Origin: a virus
Lineage: Duplodnaviria > Heunggongvirae > Uroviricota > Caudoviricetes
Direction: 5' to 3' (one strand)
Virus record (IMG/VR): IMGVR_UViG_2799112330_000002
Coordinates: 192,001-256,000 of that record
DNA length: 64,000 nucleotides
A model generated the notes under the pieces. The model searched no databases. It saw only the letters and a list, made by a program, of their open reading frames with translations, and was not told where the DNA came from. The position numbers and the translations under genes were made by a program. Shown one piece after another: positions 61,949 to 64,000 of this stretch (position 1 is the stretch's first letter; each line of letters opens with the position of its first letter).

Positions 61949-62476
61949 TTATTTTTTATACCATTTAGGAGTGTTATTTGTTAATGGGCGGGCATGAAAC
62001 ATATATCTCATATCTTTAACATTAGATACATTCCAATTAGATATATCTTTATTGAATTCTGATCCTCTAAACATCCACGACATATCTTCAACATTAGATA
62101 CATCCCATTTAGATATATCACCATTAAATTGAGAATCTCTAAACATTGAATACATAGTTTTAACTTTACTTACATCCCATTCAGATATGTCTTGATTAAA
62201 TGATGAATTAGCAAACATATATTTCATGTCTTCAACATTACTTGTATTCCAATCAGATATATCTCCATTGAAATCAGAATCCATAAATAATTCTGACATA
62301 TTAGTAATTTCTAAAGTATCTATATCATTGAGATCGGCATCATTCCCACGTTCTTCAATAAGTTCATTTACTAATTCCCTTAGTTCATCTCTTGTCTTAG
62401 GATGATAATTGTATTGATTAAAATTGTCTTTTGATAGACGGAATTTCTCCGCAATGAACTGGTTTAACTGTTTCAT
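61949..62476 (-). CDS. DUF285/BspA-like repeat protein (array 3, 4 repeats)
   Basis: Leader MKQLNQFIAE. Confidence 0.9.
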   Translation of the reverse strand: MKQLNQFIAEKFRLSKDNFNQYNYHPKTRDELRELVNELIEERGNDADLNDIDTLEITNMSELFMDSDFNGDISDWNTSNVEDMKYMFANSSFNQDISEWDVSKVKTMYSMFRDSQFNGDISKWDVSNVEDMSWMFRGSEFNKDISNWNVSNVKDMRYMFHARPLTNNTPKWYKK

Positions 62477-62489
62477 TTATTATTACTAT

Positions 62490-63185
62490 TTATTTATAAA
62501 ATTTATTATACCATTCTGTATACCATTTGGGAGGATTATTTTCCAATGGTGAGGCGGTAAATATATTTCTCATATTTTTAACATTAGATACATTCCAACT
62601 AGATATGTCTTTATTGAAATCTGATCCTCTAAACATATGACACATATCAGCGACTTTACTTACATCCCATTTAGATATGTCTTGATTAAATTTAGAATAT
62701 GAAAACATCCAAGCCATATCCTTAACATTACTTACATCCCAATCAGAAATATCTTGATTAAATTTAGATTCAGCAAACATAGTATACATGCTCCAAACAT
62801 TACCTATATTCCATTTAGATATGTCTTGATTAAATACTGATTCAGCAAACATATATTGCATATCTTCGACATTATGTACATCCCATAAAGAGATATCTCC
62901 GTTAAATTTTGATCTTGCAAACATATTACTCATATTTTTAACATTACTAACATCCCATTCAGATATATCACCAGTGAAATTAGTATTTGCAAATAATGCT
63001 GACATATCTATAATTTCAGATGTATCTATATCATTAAGATTAGCATCCATACCTCTTTCGCTAATTAACTTTCGCATTGTTTCTCTTAATTCTTTATTTG
63101 ACTTAGGATGATAATTATAATGATGTTCAAGATTGTCTTTTGATAAACGGAATTTCTCGGTTATGAACTGGTTTAGTTTCTTCAT
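62490..63185 (-). CDS. DUF285/BspA-like repeat protein (array 3, 6 repeats)
   Basis: Tail WYTEWYNKFYK. Confidence 0.9.
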   Translation of the reverse strand: MKKLNQFITEKFRLSKDNLEHHYNYHPKSNKELRETMRKLISERGMDANLNDIDTSEIIDMSALFANTNFTGDISEWDVSNVKNMSNMFARSKFNGDISLWDVHNVEDMQYMFAESVFNQDISKWNIGNVWSMYTMFAESKFNQDISDWDVSNVKDMAWMFSYSKFNQDISKWDVSKVADMCHMFRGSDFNKDISSWNVSNVKNMRNIFTASPLENNPPKWYTEWYNKFYK

Positions 63186-63198
63186 ATATTACTTTAAC

Positions 63199-63801
63199 TT
63201 ATTTTTTATACCATTTAGGAGGATTATCTTCTAATGGACATTTATAAAACATTTCTTGCATATATTCAATATTACTTACATCCCATTTAGATATATCTTG
63301 GTTAAATTTTGATCCATAAAACATTCTATCTATATATTTAACATTACTTACATTCCAATTAGATATATCTCTATTAAATTTAGACTTAACAAACATATTA
63401 GACATATTTTCAACATTACTTACATTCCAATTAGAGATATCTTTATTAAATTTAGAATTAGTAAACATATATTGCATATCTTCAACTTTATGTACATTCC
63501 AATTAGAGATATCTTTATTAAATGCAGAATAACCAAACATCCATGACATATATTTAACATTACTTACATCCCATTCAGATATATCTCCATTGAATTTAGA
63601 GTTATAAAATATATTTGTCATATCAGTAATTGCAGAAGTATCTATATCATTTAGATCTGCATCATTGCCTCTTTCTTTAATTAGTTTCTTTACTAATTCT
63701 TTTAACTCATCTTGTGTCTTTGGATGATAATTATATTGATGGGTTAGATTGTCTTTTGATAATCTGAATTTTTCTATAATGAATTGATTTAGTTTCTTCA
63801 T
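63199..63801 (-). CDS. DUF285/BspA-like repeat protein (array 3, 5 repeats)
   Basis: Same architecture. Confidence 0.9.
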   Translation of the reverse strand: MKKLNQFIIEKFRLSKDNLTHQYNYHPKTQDELKELVKKLIKERGNDADLNDIDTSAITDMTNIFYNSKFNGDISEWDVSNVKYMSWMFGYSAFNKDISNWNVHKVEDMQYMFTNSKFNKDISNWNVSNVENMSNMFVKSKFNRDISNWNVSNVKYIDRMFYGSKFNQDISKWDVSNIEYMQEMFYKCPLEDNPPKWYKK

Positions 63802-64000
63802 AACATCTTAAATATATATTTTGTCCATTCAAATGGTTTTGCAGTATCTAGATAGTTGATATTCTTTTCATTTCCATAAGCAATTTGTTCAAAAGAAACA
63901 CTTCGGTATGCATAATCAAATGTATCATATTTTCCTTTGTCCTTCATACATGCAGAAACACAAAGCTTAATGATATATTCAAAGAAATAGAACAAGTAGA
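63798..64000 (-). CDS. C-terminal part of a Bacteroidota-phage hypothetical protein (start probably outside the window)
   Basis: AYRSVSFEQIAYGNEKNINYL...FEWTKY; ATGA overlap with the first array-3 gene. Confidence 0.55.
   Translation of the reverse strand, partial: YLFYFFEYIIKLCVSACMKDKGKYDTFDYAYRSVSFEQIAYGNEKNINYLDTAKPFEWTKYIFKML

Noticed and set aside
58339-63801. Diversity-generating retroelement driving array variation
   Set aside because: No reverse transcriptase or non-coding template repeat in the window, and by eye the variation is not restricted to adenines. An RT elsewhere in the genome cannot be excluded.
1-64000. TAG stop-codon reassignment as in Lak megaphages
   Set aside because: Conserved genes are full length in code 11, and TAG acts as a plausible stop (e.g. 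16185, 57674)
1-64000. tRNA/rRNA genes
   Set aside because: No intergenic gap with cloverleaf or T-loop signatures was seen by eye; tRNAscan-SE would be needed to confirm

Overview
Very AT-rich segment of a large (jumbo-type) T4-like myophage genome, read in the standard genetic code. The host is probably a Bacteroidota species (inferred from the DnaK GTHDVS motif and Bacteroidota-phage-type small proteins). Minus-strand blocks encode virion proteins: a gp13-like neck protein, gp6- and gp25-like baseplate proteins, Ig/collagen/LRR tail proteins and probable prohead-internal proteins. Plus-strand blocks encode a primase-SF2 helicase fusion, IMPDH/GMP reductase, RuvC, a glycosyltransferase, Nudix, ADP-ribosylglycohydrolase, an FNT transporter, a dnaK-hsp20-dnaJ operon, a ferritin-like protein and a sigma-70-family factor. 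The most striking feature is a set of 21 paralogous DUF285/BspA-like repeat genes in three tandem arrays (8.4-10.2, 39.6-45.8 and 58.3-63.8 kb). They are built from 3-9 shuffled 24-aa modules with hypervariable positions. All begin with a leader of the type MKKLNQFI(T/I/A/V)E, which closely resembles the T4 capsid-targeting sequence MKTYQEFIAE. Similar leaders occur on several unrelated proteins (NDK, ferritin, hypotheticals). My inference is a virion-packaged, recombinationally diversified library of binding proteins delivered into the host. Also notable: a complete group I intron carrying a PD-(D/E)xK homing endonuclease interrupts the phage dnaK. All family assignments come from motif recognition by eye; no database searches were run.
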